The notes under the pieces: model-generated | What the model saw: the letters and a program-made list of their open reading frames with translations, nothing else | The model's database searches: none | What the model was told of the DNA's origin: nothing | Position numbers and translations under genes: made by a program | Shown: positions 17,105-26,956 of the stretch, in pieces | How the letters are laid out: each line of letters begins with the position of its first letter | Numbering within the stretch: the stretch's first letter is position 1 | Assembly (NCBI GenBank): GCA_963922415.1 | Contig: CAWUIP010000001.1 | Coordinates: forward strand, 3,114-67,113 | Length of the DNA stretch: 64,000 nt | Direction: 5' to 3' | From: an uncultured Aliishimia sp. | GTDB lineage: Bacteria > Pseudomonadota > Alphaproteobacteria > Rhodobacterales > Rhodobacteraceae

Positions 17105-20041
17105 ATGGCTAAGAAAATGCTTATCGATGCCACCCACGCGGAAGAGACCCGCGTTGTGGTGGTTGACGGAAACAAAGTTGAGGAATTCGATTTTGAATCC
17201 GAAAACAAACGCCAGCTTGCTGGCAACATCTATCTCGCAAAAGTAACGCGCGTTGAGCCGTCGCTGCAGGCGGCGTTCGTCGACTATGGTGGAAACCGTC
17301 ACGGGTTCCTCGCGTTTTCCGAGATCCATCCAGACTACTATCAGATCCCGGTCGCTGACCGCGAAGCCCTGATGGAAGAAGAGCGCGCCTATGCCGAAGC
17401 GCAGCGCGCGCGTGACGAAGAAGAAGAGGCCAAGCCCAAGCGCCGGTCTAGGTCGCGCAGCCGATCCAAGGCTGCCAAGGCCAAAGATACCGATGCGGTC
17501 GCGACCGCAGAAGTGTCTGCGCCAGAGGCGTCTTCAGATCAGATCGAAGGCATGGAGACCATCGATCTTGATGACGACACAGACGTGGATGTTGTGACTG
17601 ACGCTGCAGCCTCTGACGAAGCCGCAGCGCCCTCGGATGCGTCCGAAGCGCCTGTTGCAGATGACGACACAGGCACCGCCGATGACGCCGCGGCGGTCGC
17701 GGAAGACGCCGCCGTAGAACAGGTCTCTGTGGATGTAAACGAAATCGCTGCTGCATCTGAAGACGATGCAATCGTCGCAGGCACAGACGACGATACTGCT
17801 GCTGCCGAAGGTGATGTGGCTGAGACAGAAACAGCGGACGTCGCGCAGTCAGAGGATGTGGCCGATACCGAGGCTAAGGCCGAAGCGGACGCAACGCCTG
17901 AAAATGGCGAAGACGCGGACGAAGACACTGAAGAAGACGACGCAGAAGCAGACGACGCAGAAGATGATGCCGGAGACGATGATGGCCCATCCGCCAAAGA
18001 TGCGGCGTCCAAGGATGACAGCATCGAATCCGTTGCCGATGACGACGACCAAGAAGACATTCGCCCCGTGCGCAAACCCCGGATGCGGCGCTATAAGATC
18101 CAAGAGGTCATCAAGGTGCGCCAGATCCTTCTGGTGCAGGTGGTCAAGGAAGAGCGCGGCAACAAAGGGGCTGCGCTGACAACCTATCTGAGTCTTGCCG
18201 GGCGCTATTGCGTCTTGATGCCCAACACTGCGCGCGGTGGTGGGATCTCTCGCAAAATCACGAATGCCGCCGACCGCAAGAAGCTCAAAGAGATCGCAGG
18301 TGAGATCGAGGTGCCGTCGGGCGCGGGTCTCATCGTCCGCACGGCAGGGGCCAAGCGCACCAAGGCCGAGATCAAGCGCGACTATGAGTACCTGCAGCGG
18401 CTCTGGGAACAGATCCGCGAGCTGACACTCCAAAGCATCGCACCCGCGAAGATCTACGAAGAAGGCGACCTGATCAAACGGTCGATCCGCGATCTTTACA
18501 ACCGTGAGATCGAAGAGGTCTTGGTCGAAGGCGAGCGCGGCTACCGCAACGCCAAGGACTTCATGAAGATGATCATGCCGTCCCACGCCAAGAACGTGAA
18601 GCATTACCAAGACGGTCTGCCACTCTTTGCGCGCTATCAGGTCGAAACCTACCTTGCAGGCATGTTCAACCCGACGGTTCAACTGCGTTCGGGCGGTTAC
18701 ATCGTGATCGGCGTGACGGAAGCTTTGGTCGCTGTTGACGTGAACTCGGGCCGGGCCACCAAGGAAGGCTCCATCGAGGAAACTGCGCTCAAGACAAACC
18801 TGGAGGCCGCCGAAGAAGTGGCGCGCCAGTTGCGCCTGCGCGACCTCGCCGGTCTGATCGTGATCGACTTCATCGATATGGATGAGCGCAAGAACAACAC
18901 AGCGGTCGAAAAGCGTCTGAAAGACAAGCTGAAGACGGATCGTGCGCGCATCCAAGTCGGCCGGATCTCGGGCTTTGGTCTCTTGGAGATGTCACGCCAG
19001 CGTCTGCGTCCAGGCATGTTGGAAGCCTCCACGCAGCCGTGCCCGCATTGCCATGGCACTGGCCTCATCCGCTCAGACGACAGCATGGCGCTGTCAATTG
19101 TGCGCCAGATCGAAGAAGAGGGCACGCGGCGCCGCTCGCGCGAGGTTTTGGTGAAGTGCCCGGTCGACATCGCGAACTTCCTCATGAACTCAAAGCGGGA
19201 GCATATCGCGCAGATCGAAGGCCGCTATGGGCTGTCGGTCCGTATCGAAGGGGACCCATCTCTGGTGAGCCCGGACTTCACTCTGGAGAAATTCAAGACG
19301 GCCACGCGGACTGTAGTTGCGCTTGAGGCGCCTGTTATTGTCGCGGACGCGACCATCATGGGCGATGTCGAAGACGAAGTGGAACTCGACGAAGCGCCCG
19401 AAGCAGCAGACGCCCCCGAAGCAGGTGAGGAAGAGGCCAAGCCCAAGCGGCGCAGACGGCGTCGTCGTCGGCGGCGGTCTTCGGGTGGCGAAGGCGAGGC
19501 ACCACGCAGCGAAGAGCAGACGGAAGCGCCTGCGGAGGCGCCGGACCCACAGCCCAATGGTGCTGAAGGCGACGCTGAAACGTCAGAAAGGGCAGAGGTC
19601 GAGACGTCTGACGGTGAGACTGTCGAAGCACCCGAGACGAAGCCAAAGCGCACTCGACGGTCGCGCGCGTCTAAGCCAAAAGAAGACGCGCCCGCTGCGG
19701 AAGCGGTCGAAGCAGATGCCACAGAAGCAGATGCCACAGAAGCGCCCGCGCCCGACAGCGATAGTGCAGAGGCCGAGCCAGAAAAACCAAAGCGCAAGCG
19801 CGCGCCGCGGTCTCGCAAGACAGCTGATGTCGCTGCGATAGAGCCTTCAGAATCAGCAGATCCGACCGCCGCGGAAACGGCGGAGCCTGCCCCAGAACCT
19901 GCAGCGGTTGAACAACCGGCGCCAGAACCGGTTGCAGCGCGCGTGGCACCTGATCCGGTGGCTGTCGAACCTGCGGCTCCGGAACCAGATGCGCCCGCAA
20001 AACCCAAGCGCCGTGGCTGGTGGTCTTTGGGCTCGAAGTAA
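17105..20041 (+). CDS. rne: Ribonuclease E
   Basis: MAKKMLIDATHAEETRVVVVDGNK N-terminus, S1 domain, DNase-I-like and Zn-link (CPHCHGTG) motifs. Large acidic insertion and an Arg/Pro/Ala-rich C-terminal tail. Confidence 0.9.
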   Translation: MAKKMLIDATHAEETRVVVVDGNKVEEFDFESENKRQLAGNIYLAKVTRVEPSLQAAFVDYGGNRHGFLAFSEIHPDYYQIPVADREALMEEERAYAEAQRARDEEEEAKPKRRSRSRSRSKAAKAKDTDAVATAEVSAPEASSDQIEGMETIDLDDDTDVDVVTDAAASDEAAAPSDASEAPVADDDTGTADDAAAVAEDAAVEQVSVDVNEIAAASEDDAIVAGTDDDTAAAEGDVAETETADVAQSEDVADTEAKAEADATPENGEDADEDTEEDDAEADDAEDDAGDDDGPSAKDAASKDDSIESVADDDDQEDIRPVRKPRMRRYKIQEVIKVRQILLVQVVKEERGNKGAALTTYLSLAGRYCVLMPNTARGGGISRKITNAADRKKLKEIAGEIEVPSGAGLIVRTAGAKRTKAEIKRDYEYLQRLWEQIRELTLQSIAPAKIYEEGDLIKRSIRDLYNREIEEVLVEGERGYRNAKDFMKMIMPSHAKNVKHYQDGLPLFARYQVETYLAGMFNPTVQLRSGGYIVIGVTEALVAVDVNSGRATKEGSIEETALKTNLEAAEEVARQLRLRDLAGLIVIDFIDMDERKNNTAVEKRLKDKLKTDRARIQVGRISGFGLLEMSRQRLRPGMLEASTQPCPHCHGTGLIRSDDSMALSIVRQIEEEGTRRRSREVLVKCPVDIANFLMNSKREHIAQIEGRYGLSVRIEGDPSLVSPDFTLEKFKTATRTVVALEAPVIVADATIMGDVEDEVELDEAPEAADAPEAGEEEAKPKRRRRRRRRRRSSGGEGEAPRSEEQTEAPAEAPDPQPNGAEGDAETSERAEVETSDGETVEAPETKPKRTRRSRASKPKEDAPAAEAVEADATEADATEAPAPDSDSAEAEPEKPKRKRAPRSRKTADVAAIEPSESADPTAAETAEPAPEPAAVEQPAPEPVAARVAPDPVAVEPAAPEPDAPAKPKRRGWWSLGSK

Positions 20042-20051
20042 GCAAAAGCGC

Positions 20052-20099
20052 GCCGGAAACCGTCACGGTTTCCGGCCCGATATCTTTGAAAGATATCGG
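20052..20099. terminator. Tandem hairpins between convergent rne and the tusA-like gene (bidirectional terminator)
   Basis: GCCGGAAACCG-TCA-CGGTTTCCGGC (11-bp stem) is followed immediately by CCGATATCTT-TGA-AAGATATCGG (10-bp stem). Confidence 0.6.
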
Positions 20100-20118
20100 T
20101 TGGGACGGTGGTGAGGTG

Positions 20119-20352
20119 CTATTTTTTTTGGATTACCCAGGTCGTCGCAGCACCTTGTTGTGATTGCGACACCACGTGATGGCCGGCCTCGTTACAAAAG
20201 TGCGGGACATCTACAATGGCTGCCGGGTCATCGGTTTGCAAAGTCAACTGCTCACCCGATGCAAGAGGCTGCAGCCGCTTACGGACTTTCAAAACTGGCA
20301 AGGGGCACAAAAGCCCAGTCGCGTCCAGGTGATGTTCTGTCATGGGCGGCAT
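20119..20352 (-). CDS. TusA/SirA-family sulfurtransferase
   Basis: 77 aa with LDATGLLCPLPVLK (CPxP motif). Confidence 0.8.
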   Translation of the reverse strand: MPPMTEHHLDATGLLCPLPVLKVRKRLQPLASGEQLTLQTDDPAAIVDVPHFCNEAGHHVVSQSQQGAATTWVIQKK

Positions 20353-20438
20353 TTAGTGTGAGTGTTTCAGTCTGTCCACACAGTTGTGACCGGTTGCCCC
20401 CGTGACGCCGTGCGCCGCTTCGCCTACACCCGCTAGGT

Positions 20439-21191
20439 ATGTTCGGGATCGACATCATAGACGCGGGTCTTTTACCTGCCATTTTCGTGTCACTTCTGGC
20501 AGGCGTCATTAGCTTTCTGAGCCCCTGCGTCTTGCCGATTGTGCCGCCGTATCTGGCCTATATGTCCGGCGTCAACGTGGCGGATATGGGCAGCGACGGT
20601 GCGGCGCGGCGCAAGACCGCCCTAACAGCGCTGTTCTTTGTTCTGGGCCTGTCGACAGTGTTTCTGATCCTGGGGTTCACCGCGTCGGCTTTTGGGGCCT
20701 TTTTTCTGCAAAATCAGGTGCTTTTTTCGCAAATCTCTGGCGTGGTGGTCATTGTTTTTGGCCTGCATTTTCTGAACGTCTTCCGCATCCCCTTTTTGGA
20801 TCAAGAAGCGCGGCTTGAGGCCGGCGATCAAGGCGGCAGCGCATTTGGCGCCTATGTGCTCGGGCTTGCGTTTGCATTTGGCTGGACCCCGTGCATCGGC
20901 CCACAGCTCGGCGCGATCCTAACACTCGCGGCAACCGAAGCCTCCGTGTCCAAGGGCACATTCCTTCTTGGGGTGTATGCCGCCGGTCTTGGGATCCCAT
21001 TTCTTCTGGCCGCGCTCTTTATGACGCGTGCCATTGGCCTCATGAACCGCCTCAAACGTCACATGTTGACCATTGAGCGCGTGATGGGGGGTTTGCTTAT
21101 CGCCGTTGGGTTGGCGCTCGTCACAGGTGCTTTTACGCGGTTCTCGTGGTGGCTTTTGGAAGTCTTCCCAGCCCTTCAATATCTCGGCTAA
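20439..21191 (+). CDS. ccdA: Cytochrome c biogenesis thiol-disulfide transporter CcdA/DsbD-family
   Basis: Six predicted TM helices with the two conserved Cys motifs FLSPCVLP and GWTPCIGP. Confidence 0.85.
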   Translation: MFGIDIIDAGLLPAIFVSLLAGVISFLSPCVLPIVPPYLAYMSGVNVADMGSDGAARRKTALTALFFVLGLSTVFLILGFTASAFGAFFLQNQVLFSQISGVVVIVFGLHFLNVFRIPFLDQEARLEAGDQGGSAFGAYVLGLAFAFGWTPCIGPQLGAILTLAATEASVSKGTFLLGVYAAGLGIPFLLAALFMTRAIGLMNRLKRHMLTIERVMGGLLIAVGLALVTGAFTRFSWWLLEVFPALQYLG

Positions 21192-21266
21192 GCGACCGCC
21201 TTACTTTGGCCGAAAATCCAGAGTAATCTTTGCGCAATCTTAAAAGGCTGGGCCCAAGGGTAAGCC

Positions 21267-22523
21267 ATGAGCAGGCGCACAACACACGAAGTTCGGAAAC
21301 GCCAGGTCTTTTACATTCCTGGCTATGACCCGATTCACCCGCGTCGCTACCGCGAGCTCTACCGCAAAGAAAGCGCTCATCAGGCTGAAATCTCAGGCTA
21401 TGACATTGCGATACGTGCAAAAACTGGGGCAGGCGGCTTCGGTTGGAATGTTGATGCGACAATCGACGGCGTAGAGACAGAGACACAGTTTGACGTGCTC
21501 GTTTGGTCAGACATCGTAAAAGACAGCATGTCTGGCAGCATTCTGGCGACCTATGGTCACCTGGTCCGGACCGCATGGGTTTACATCTCTACCGGAGCAT
21601 TGGGACGGCTTATGCAATTGCGGAAAGGCCCGGTGATCGCGGCGCTTTATCCCGTCGGTGTTTTGCTCTTACAGGCGCTTGCCGCTGTGATGCTGGCATG
21701 GGGCGTCTATGCGTCGCTTCTGTGGGCATTAGGGTTCTTTACGTCTGCGGGCCTCTCGGGCCAGGCGTGGCTGCATCAAGTCTCGGCCCTTGGGGCTGGC
21801 CTTGCGGCGGGGGTGCGGTTGTTGCGCTGGTTCAAAGCCAAAGATAACCGTATTTTTGCGTATTACTTGATGCATGACTACGCGTATGCGGCATCGACGC
21901 GCGGTGCGACGCCGCCTGCGCTAGACGCGCGGATGGCCGAGTTTGCCGAAGCGATACGGGCGGCGTTGACAGAAGACTATGACGAAGTGCTGGTGGTCGG
22001 GCACTCCTCTGGCGCGCACTTAGGCGTGTCGATCATGGCGGAGCTCGTCCGCACTGGGCGCGTGCCCGAAAACGGGCCTTACCTTGGTTTTTTGACACTG
22101 GGTCAGGTCGTGCCGATGGTCTCTTTCCTGCCAAACGCGTACCGTCTTCGCAGAGATTTGCAATTTCTCAGCGCGCGCGACGAACTGGCTTGGATCGATG
22201 TGACCGCACCCGGAGACGGTTGCGCCTTCGCGCTTTGTGATCCTGTTACGGTGACAGGTGTCGCGCCAGGAAACAAACGTTGGCCCTTGGTCTTTTCTGC
22301 TGCGTTCACTCAAACCTTATCGCGGGAGACGCTGGCTAAGCTCAAACGCCGCTACTTTCGGCTGCATTTTCAATACCTGTGCGCCTTTGACCGGCCCAAA
22401 GACTATGACTATTTTCAAATTACGGCCGGGCCCCTTAGTCTGCGAGACCGTTACGACGGCCGTCCGCCTTCGAAGTCCCGGATCGATCATGCGGTGAACA
22501 CTTATACATCGGTGGCTGCATGA
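21267..22523 (+). CDS. Uncharacterised membrane-anchored alpha/beta-hydrolase-like protein
   Basis: 418 aa. A hydrophobic stretch (roughly residues 125-190) splits a domain carrying a lipase-type nucleophile elbow VVGHSSGAHLG. I recognise no family. The stop overlaps the P450 start (ATGA). Confidence 0.5.
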   Translation: MSRRTTHEVRKRQVFYIPGYDPIHPRRYRELYRKESAHQAEISGYDIAIRAKTGAGGFGWNVDATIDGVETETQFDVLVWSDIVKDSMSGSILATYGHLVRTAWVYISTGALGRLMQLRKGPVIAALYPVGVLLLQALAAVMLAWGVYASLLWALGFFTSAGLSGQAWLHQVSALGAGLAAGVRLLRWFKAKDNRIFAYYLMHDYAYAASTRGATPPALDARMAEFAEAIRAALTEDYDEVLVVGHSSGAHLGVSIMAELVRTGRVPENGPYLGFLTLGQVVPMVSFLPNAYRLRRDLQFLSARDELAWIDVTAPGDGCAFALCDPVTVTGVAPGNKRWPLVFSAAFTQTLSRETLAKLKRRYFRLHFQYLCAFDRPKDYDYFQITAGPLSLRDRYDGRPPSKSRIDHAVNTYTSVAA

Positions 22524-23875
22524 CGCTGCCGCCAAAACCCGTCGCACGCGCAGATCGCGTATCCCTGTGGCGCTACGGACAGCTGTTTCGGCAGGACATC
22601 CTGTCGGCACAACCTGCACGCCTGTATCGAGCCTGGATGGCCGAGTTCAAAACGCCCTTCTTTCGGTCCTTTTTGATCAATCAGCCTGAACTGCTCGATG
22701 AAGTGCTCAAAGAGCGACCGGACGCGTTTCCCAAGTCAGACCGCATTGCAGAGGGGCTCAAACCGCTTTTGGGCGCAAACAGTGTATTTCTGACCAACGG
22801 AGACACCTGGAAACGTCAACGTCGGATTATTGACCCTGCCTTTGCGGGTGGGCGTCTGCGCGACGCCTATCCTGCGATGTGGGCCGCTGCCGATGCGCTT
22901 TGCGCGCGGTTGCACGCTAAATCAGGCCAAGTTCTTGAGGTGGAAGAAGAAATGAGCCACGCAGCGGCGGACGTCATTTTCCGCACGCTGTTTTCCATTC
23001 CCATCGACCATCATGTGGCCGCAGACGTGTTTCACGGCTTTCGGGCGTATCAGAGGACGGCTCCGATTTTGAACATCGCGGCGTTCTTGCCACTGCCGCG
23101 TTGGATGCCGCGCCTGTTTCGAAAAGGCACGCGCGCGCACGCAACGCACATTCGCACCTTAATCAGGGGACTGACCGAAGAACGCGCCCGCGCGATTGCA
23201 GATGGCACGGCGCCGGACGATCTGGCGACGAAAATCATGACGCAAATTGATCCTCAAACCGGGGCGCGGCTTTCGTCAGAAGAAATGGTCGACCAGGTCG
23301 CGATTTTCTTTCTCGCCGGTCACGAAACCAGCGCGTCTGCATTGGCGTGGTCGCTTTACCTGCTCGCCACCCATCCCGAATGGCAAAGCCGCGTGGCAGC
23401 AGAGGCGGCGGACCTTACAACCGATGCGTTTGCAGAGCTCTCCAAGCTGCAGATAACACGCGATGTGTTCCGCGAGGCCTTGCGCCTGTATCCACCGGTG
23501 CCGATGATGGTGCGCGAAGCGTCCCAAGCCGAGCAGTTTCGGGACCGACCTGTGCCACGTGGTGCGCAGTTGGTGCTAAGTCCGTGGCATCTACACCGGC
23601 ACGAACGGCTTTGGGATGCACCGGATGCGTTTGACCCTGGACGCTGGCAGACCGAGAACGGAAAATCCTGTGCGAGACACGCTTTTATGCCGTTTTCGGC
23701 AGGCGCCCGGGTCTGCACAGGCGCAGGCTTTGCGATTGTGGAAGGAACACTCATCCTTGCGCGCTTGATGCAGACGTTCCGTGTGGAGGCTGTACCGGAT
23801 GATGTTCCTGTGCCTGTCGCGCATCTTACCGTGCGCAGTCAATCAGGCATACGCCTGCGATTTGTCCGCCGCTAA
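22520..23875 (+). CDS. Cytochrome P450
   Basis: I-helix FLAGHETSA, ExxR (EALR) and heme-thiolate loop FMPFSAGARVCTGAGFA. Confidence 0.9.
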   Translation: MTLPPKPVARADRVSLWRYGQLFRQDILSAQPARLYRAWMAEFKTPFFRSFLINQPELLDEVLKERPDAFPKSDRIAEGLKPLLGANSVFLTNGDTWKRQRRIIDPAFAGGRLRDAYPAMWAAADALCARLHAKSGQVLEVEEEMSHAAADVIFRTLFSIPIDHHVAADVFHGFRAYQRTAPILNIAAFLPLPRWMPRLFRKGTRAHATHIRTLIRGLTEERARAIADGTAPDDLATKIMTQIDPQTGARLSSEEMVDQVAIFFLAGHETSASALAWSLYLLATHPEWQSRVAAEAADLTTDAFAELSKLQITRDVFREALRLYPPVPMMVREASQAEQFRDRPVPRGAQLVLSPWHLHRHERLWDAPDAFDPGRWQTENGKSCARHAFMPFSAGARVCTGAGFAIVEGTLILARLMQTFRVEAVPDDVPVPVAHLTVRSQSGIRLRFVRR

Positions 23876-23943
23876 CATGTAGGCAGGTCGCGCAGCATCT
23901 TTTATGAACCCCCCAACACTTAGACGTCAGAAGAGGACGGAGT

Positions 23944-24834
23944 ATGACACATCTTGAGGCAATGCGGTCGCAAATGGCGACAGGGCAAGGCTTTATCGCT
24001 GCATTGGATCAATCAGGCGGCTCAACCCCAAAGGCGCTTGCGCTCTATGGCGTGGATGCCAACGACTATGGCTCGGAAGAGGAGATGTTCGCCGAGATCC
24101 AAAACATGCGCGCGCGCATTATTCTGGCCCCGGAATTCACATCTGACAAAGTGATCGGTGCCATCTTGTTTGAACGCACGTTGGGTGAAGAGATCGAGGG
24201 GCTGCCTGTTTCGGACTACTTGTGGCAGAAAAAGCAGATTGTTCCCTTTTTGAAGATCGACAAAGGACTTGAGGCTGAAGCCGACGGTGTTCAACTGATG
24301 AAGCCGATGCCGGGGTTGGACGACGTCTTGGCGCGTGCAGCGGGCATGGGGATTTTCGGAACCAAAGAACGTTCGGTCATTCACGAAGCCAACGCCGCTG
24401 GGATCAAGGCCATTGTCGCGCAGCAGTTCGACGTTGCCCGCCAAGTTCTTAGCGCCGGTTTGGTCCCAATCATCGAACCCGAGGTAAGCATCAAATCAGA
24501 CACAAAATCCGAGTGTGAAAAGATCATGTGCGATGAGATTTTGTCTCAATTGAACGGTTTGGCAGACGGACAGGATGTGATGCTCAAGCTCACCTTACCG
24601 ACGGATGCCAACAGTTTTGATGTCCTGGCAGATCACCCGCGTGTTTTGCGCGTTGTGGCGTTGTCCGGTGGGTATTCAACCGAAGACGCCTGCGCGCGTC
24701 TGGCGCAAAACGAAAAAATGATCGCAAGCTTCAGCCGTGCGCTGACAGAAGGCTTGAAAAAGCAGATGTCGGATGACGCATTTGCAGCCGCTATTGGCTC
24801 CAACATCGATCAAATCTATCGCGCCTCTGCCTGA
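23944..24834 (+). CDS. fba: Fructose-bisphosphate aldolase, class I
   Basis: 296 aa. GFIAALDQSGGSTPKAL and FLKIDKGL motifs typical of bacterial class I aldolases. Confidence 0.85.
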   Translation: MTHLEAMRSQMATGQGFIAALDQSGGSTPKALALYGVDANDYGSEEEMFAEIQNMRARIILAPEFTSDKVIGAILFERTLGEEIEGLPVSDYLWQKKQIVPFLKIDKGLEAEADGVQLMKPMPGLDDVLARAAGMGIFGTKERSVIHEANAAGIKAIVAQQFDVARQVLSAGLVPIIEPEVSIKSDTKSECEKIMCDEILSQLNGLADGQDVMLKLTLPTDANSFDVLADHPRVLRVVALSGGYSTEDACARLAQNEKMIASFSRALTEGLKKQMSDDAFAAAIGSNIDQIYRASA

Positions 24835-24840
24835 GGTTTG

Positions 24841-24880
24841 GGCCCGGCGACGTTCCACGCCGTCGGGCCGCCTCTTTCTG
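24841..24880 (+). terminator. Probable terminator after fba
   Basis: Imperfect 12-bp GC-rich stem (GGCCCGGCGACG / CGCCGTCGGGCC; one mismatch and one wobble) followed by CTCTTTCT. Confidence 0.45.
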
Positions 24881-24994
24881 AAAGGGTGCCGGGCGAACTT
24901 GGTCGTTTGTGCGCGCTGGTTATTTGGTGTGAGCATGTTGGCGGGGTCTTGATTGCAACTCTGCAATCACGTGCGCCGCGGTGCCCAACGCAAG

Positions 24995-25255
24995 TTAACT
25001 GCCGCGGGACGTCGCGCCCGCGGTGTCGGGCCGTGATTTCTGCGCTCTAAATCGATCCAAGACAAAAACACGAATAGCCGAAGCGAGCCCGACATCTGCG
25101 CCGCGCGTTTCGTCAATTTCAGCAGCCAATGCGTTTAGCGCTTTGTCTTCTTCTTTCGCGATCTCTCTGAACGCGTCCCAAAAGGCGTCTTCCAAAGAAA
25201 CCGAGGTGCGATGCCCCCGCAACGTCAGAGAGCGTTTGGCCGGACGCGCTGTCAT
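24995..25255 (-). CDS. Ribbon-helix-helix domain protein (COG4321-like)
   Basis: 86 aa. LRGHRTSVSLEDAFWDAFREIA is typical of the RHH family found downstream of fumC in alphaproteobacteria. 4-nt overlap with the upstream gene. Confidence 0.65.
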   Translation of the reverse strand: MTARPAKRSLTLRGHRTSVSLEDAFWDAFREIAKEEDKALNALAAEIDETRGADVGLASAIRVFVLDRFRAQKSRPDTAGATSRGS

Positions 25256-25437
25256 TCGTCGCGTTTAGCTTGATCCAAGGCGCGCTGGAGCTTGGCAGCT
25301 TCACGTGCCTGGGTTGCGCGTTCAGCTTTCGTTCGACCAAATTTGACGGCATTCGCATCTGCGTTGGCGCGCGCCGCCTTGCGCTCTTTCGCTTTGCGCG
25401 CCTTGTTTAGGTTCACGATAGAGTGATCTGCGGTCAC
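25252..25437 (-). CDS. DUF4169-family small basic protein
   Basis: 61 aa, Lys/Arg/Ala-rich ([20 protein letters not shown]). 4-nt overlaps on both sides. Confidence 0.6.
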   Translation of the reverse strand: MTADHSIVNLNKARKAKERKAARANADANAVKFGRTKAERATQAREAAKLQRALDQAKRDE

Positions 25438-26825
25438 TTCGGGCCTATCATTTTTTCGGGACGCACCACTTCGGCGAAGCGTTCTTCAGTCACAAAGCCC
25501 AGTTTCACCGCCTCTTCGATCAGCGTCGTGCCGTTCTTATGGGCTGTCTTGGCAACAGTTGTGGCGTTGTCATAGCCGATTTCCGGCGCCAATGCGGTTA
25601 CGAGCATGAGGCTTTCGCGCATCAGCTTGTCGATGCGTACTTCATCGGCCTGAAGCCCGACGACGAGGTTGTCCGTGAAAGCAACCGCTGCGTCGCCCAA
25701 AAGCTGCATCGACTGCAGCACGTTGTAGGCCATCATCGGTTTGTACACGTTCAATTCAAAATGACCCTGACTTCCAGCGAAGCCAACAGCGGCGTCATTG
25801 CCCATGACATGGGCGCAGACTTGGGTGAGCGCTTCGCATTGGGTTGGATTGACCTTGCCCGGCATGATCGAAGACCCGGGTTCATTTTCCGGCAACACCA
25901 ATTCGCCGAGACCGCAGCGGGGGCCTGACCCCAACAACCGAATGTCATTGGCAATTTTGAAAAGCGACGCCGCAACTGTCTTTAAAGCCCCGGACATTTC
26001 GACCATCGCATCATGTGCGGCAAGGGCTTCGAACTTGTTGGGGGCTGTGACGAAAGGCAAGCTGGTGATGTCTGCCATATGCGCCGCGACGGCTTCGGCC
26101 CAGCCCTGTTGTGTGTTTAGACCAGTCCCAACCGCTGTACCGCCTTGCGCCAATTCGTAAATTCGCCCTAGGGCGTCTTCGACGCGCGCGATGCCCATGG
26201 CAACCTGGTGGCAATACCCGGAGAATTCTTGGCTGAGCGTTAACGGCGTTGCATCTTGCGTATGGGTCCGACCAATCTTGATAATCCCTTCGAACGCATC
26301 GACTTTGTCCGACAATGCGCCGTGCAGCTTTTTTAGACCCGGCAACAAAACGTCCCGCGCGGTCATTGCTGTCGAGATATGCATGGCCGTTGGAAACGTA
26401 TCGTTTGAGGACTGGCCCATATTGCAGTGATCATTGGGGTGAACCGGGTCTTTGGAGCCAATCACACCGCCCAAAATCTCAATCGCCCGGTTCGCAATCA
26501 CTTCGTTGGCGTTCATGTTGGACTGCGTGCCCGAGCCTGTCTGCCACACGACGAGCGGGAAGTTGTCGTCGAATTTGCCCGCCACAACTTCGCCCGCGGC
26601 CTCGATGATCGCATCAGCCAGCCGTGCATCTAGTGTGCCTTGTGCCTTGTTCTGCATGGCACAGGCTTTTTTGATAACGCCCAGCGCGCGCACGACGGCA
26701 ATGGGCTGCTTTTCCCACCCAATTGGGAAGTTCAGAATGGACCGTTGCGTCTGCGCGCCCCAATACTTGTCCGCTGGCACCTCAAGTGGGCCAAAACTGT
26801 CGGTTTCGGTGCGGGTGTCGGTCAT
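25434..26825 (-). CDS. fumC: Class II fumarate hydratase
   Basis: 463 aa from [13 protein letters not shown]. Signature [15 protein letters not shown]. Confidence 0.93.
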   Translation of the reverse strand: MTDTRTETDSFGPLEVPADKYWGAQTQRSILNFPIGWEKQPIAVVRALGVIKKACAMQNKAQGTLDARLADAIIEAAGEVVAGKFDDNFPLVVWQTGSGTQSNMNANEVIANRAIEILGGVIGSKDPVHPNDHCNMGQSSNDTFPTAMHISTAMTARDVLLPGLKKLHGALSDKVDAFEGIIKIGRTHTQDATPLTLSQEFSGYCHQVAMGIARVEDALGRIYELAQGGTAVGTGLNTQQGWAEAVAAHMADITSLPFVTAPNKFEALAAHDAMVEMSGALKTVAASLFKIANDIRLLGSGPRCGLGELVLPENEPGSSIMPGKVNPTQCEALTQVCAHVMGNDAAVGFAGSQGHFELNVYKPMMAYNVLQSMQLLGDAAVAFTDNLVVGLQADEVRIDKLMRESLMLVTALAPEIGYDNATTVAKTAHKNGTTLIEEAVKLGFVTEERFAEVVRPEKMIGPK

Positions 26826-26956
26826 GCTGTTCTCCGATGGTGCCGTGTCTGCCACGGTATACTGACCCCATCCATCGCGTGCAATCTGCCAAAGATAACG
26901 AGAATATTTTACTCTCGATGGTAGTCGTTCGCGCAATTCTGACTTACATTGGTCGT

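Noticed and set aside
17849-18955. 368-aa antisense ORF within rne. Related cases are the 178-aa Ser-rich ORF 17539-18075 and the 260-aa Ser/Ala-rich ORF 19225-20007
   Set aside because: These are mirror images of the acidic and Ala/Pro-rich low-complexity parts of RNase E (GAx/GCx repeats read as Ser/Ala on the other strand). There is no independent coding evidence.
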